Sequence record: SRR2962707_1709
Strand: one strand, 5' to 3'
DNA: 45,855 nucleotides
Under the pieces are notes generated by a model. The model searched no databases. It was not told the DNA's origin and saw only the letters and a list, made by a program, of their open reading frames with translations. The translations under genes were made by a program, and so were the position numbers. Of the stretch, positions 45,830 through 45,855 are shown piece by piece. Positions within the stretch are counted from its first letter, which is position 1. Each line of letters starts with the position of its first letter.

Positions 45830-45855
45830 AAAAAACCCCGCTTTCGCGGGGCTTT
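45830..45855 (-). terminator. Intrinsic terminator of a minus-strand gene beyond the window edge
   Basis: Minus strand reads AAAGCCCCGC-GAAA-GCGGGGTTTTTT. Confidence 0.75.

Noticed and set aside
1-45855. CRISPR array, tRNA or rRNA genes
   Set aside because: No regularly spaced repeats or recognisable structural RNA genes seen.

Overview
GC-rich, alphaproteobacterial-looking window with three blocks and an island-edge remnant. (1) About 178-19279: an unusual 9-gene locus. It encodes a GAP1-N-like protein, a 1132-aa divergent Hsp70/actin-fold ATPase, a membrane-anchored protein with a GrpE-like tail, an unknown 503-aa protein (possible FhaA-N-like domain), a Cys-rich class-B-like PBP with intact SxxK/SxN/KTG motifs, a ~1130-aa SEDS (FtsW/RodA) protein carrying an N-terminal FHA-like domain, a DUF4407-like membrane coiled-coil protein, a convergent DO-GTPase-like GTPase and a divergent 849-aa orphan. 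This is the best candidate for an undescribed system: an accessory, NTPase-controlled peptidoglycan-synthesis module with components of biological-conflict systems. (2) About 19400-33540: a probable N-methylamine/betaine-type catabolic cluster with a GcvT-like protein, two phytoene-dehydrogenase/PYROXD2-like flavoproteins, two BetI-like TetRs with three matching operator candidates, a SAM methyltransferase, a Pot-type ABC transporter, a class III aminotransferase and a Rieske oxygenase preceded by a perfect 30-bp palindrome. (3) About 34017-45420: a sugar/polyol ABC and catabolic operon (SorC regulator, aldo/keto reductase, GlpD/EryB-like dehydrogenase, class I aldolase, FGGY kinase, GMC oxidoreductase). 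A truncated P4-like integrase and a minus-strand terminator close the window. All family calls come from motif recognition by eye; no database search was run.
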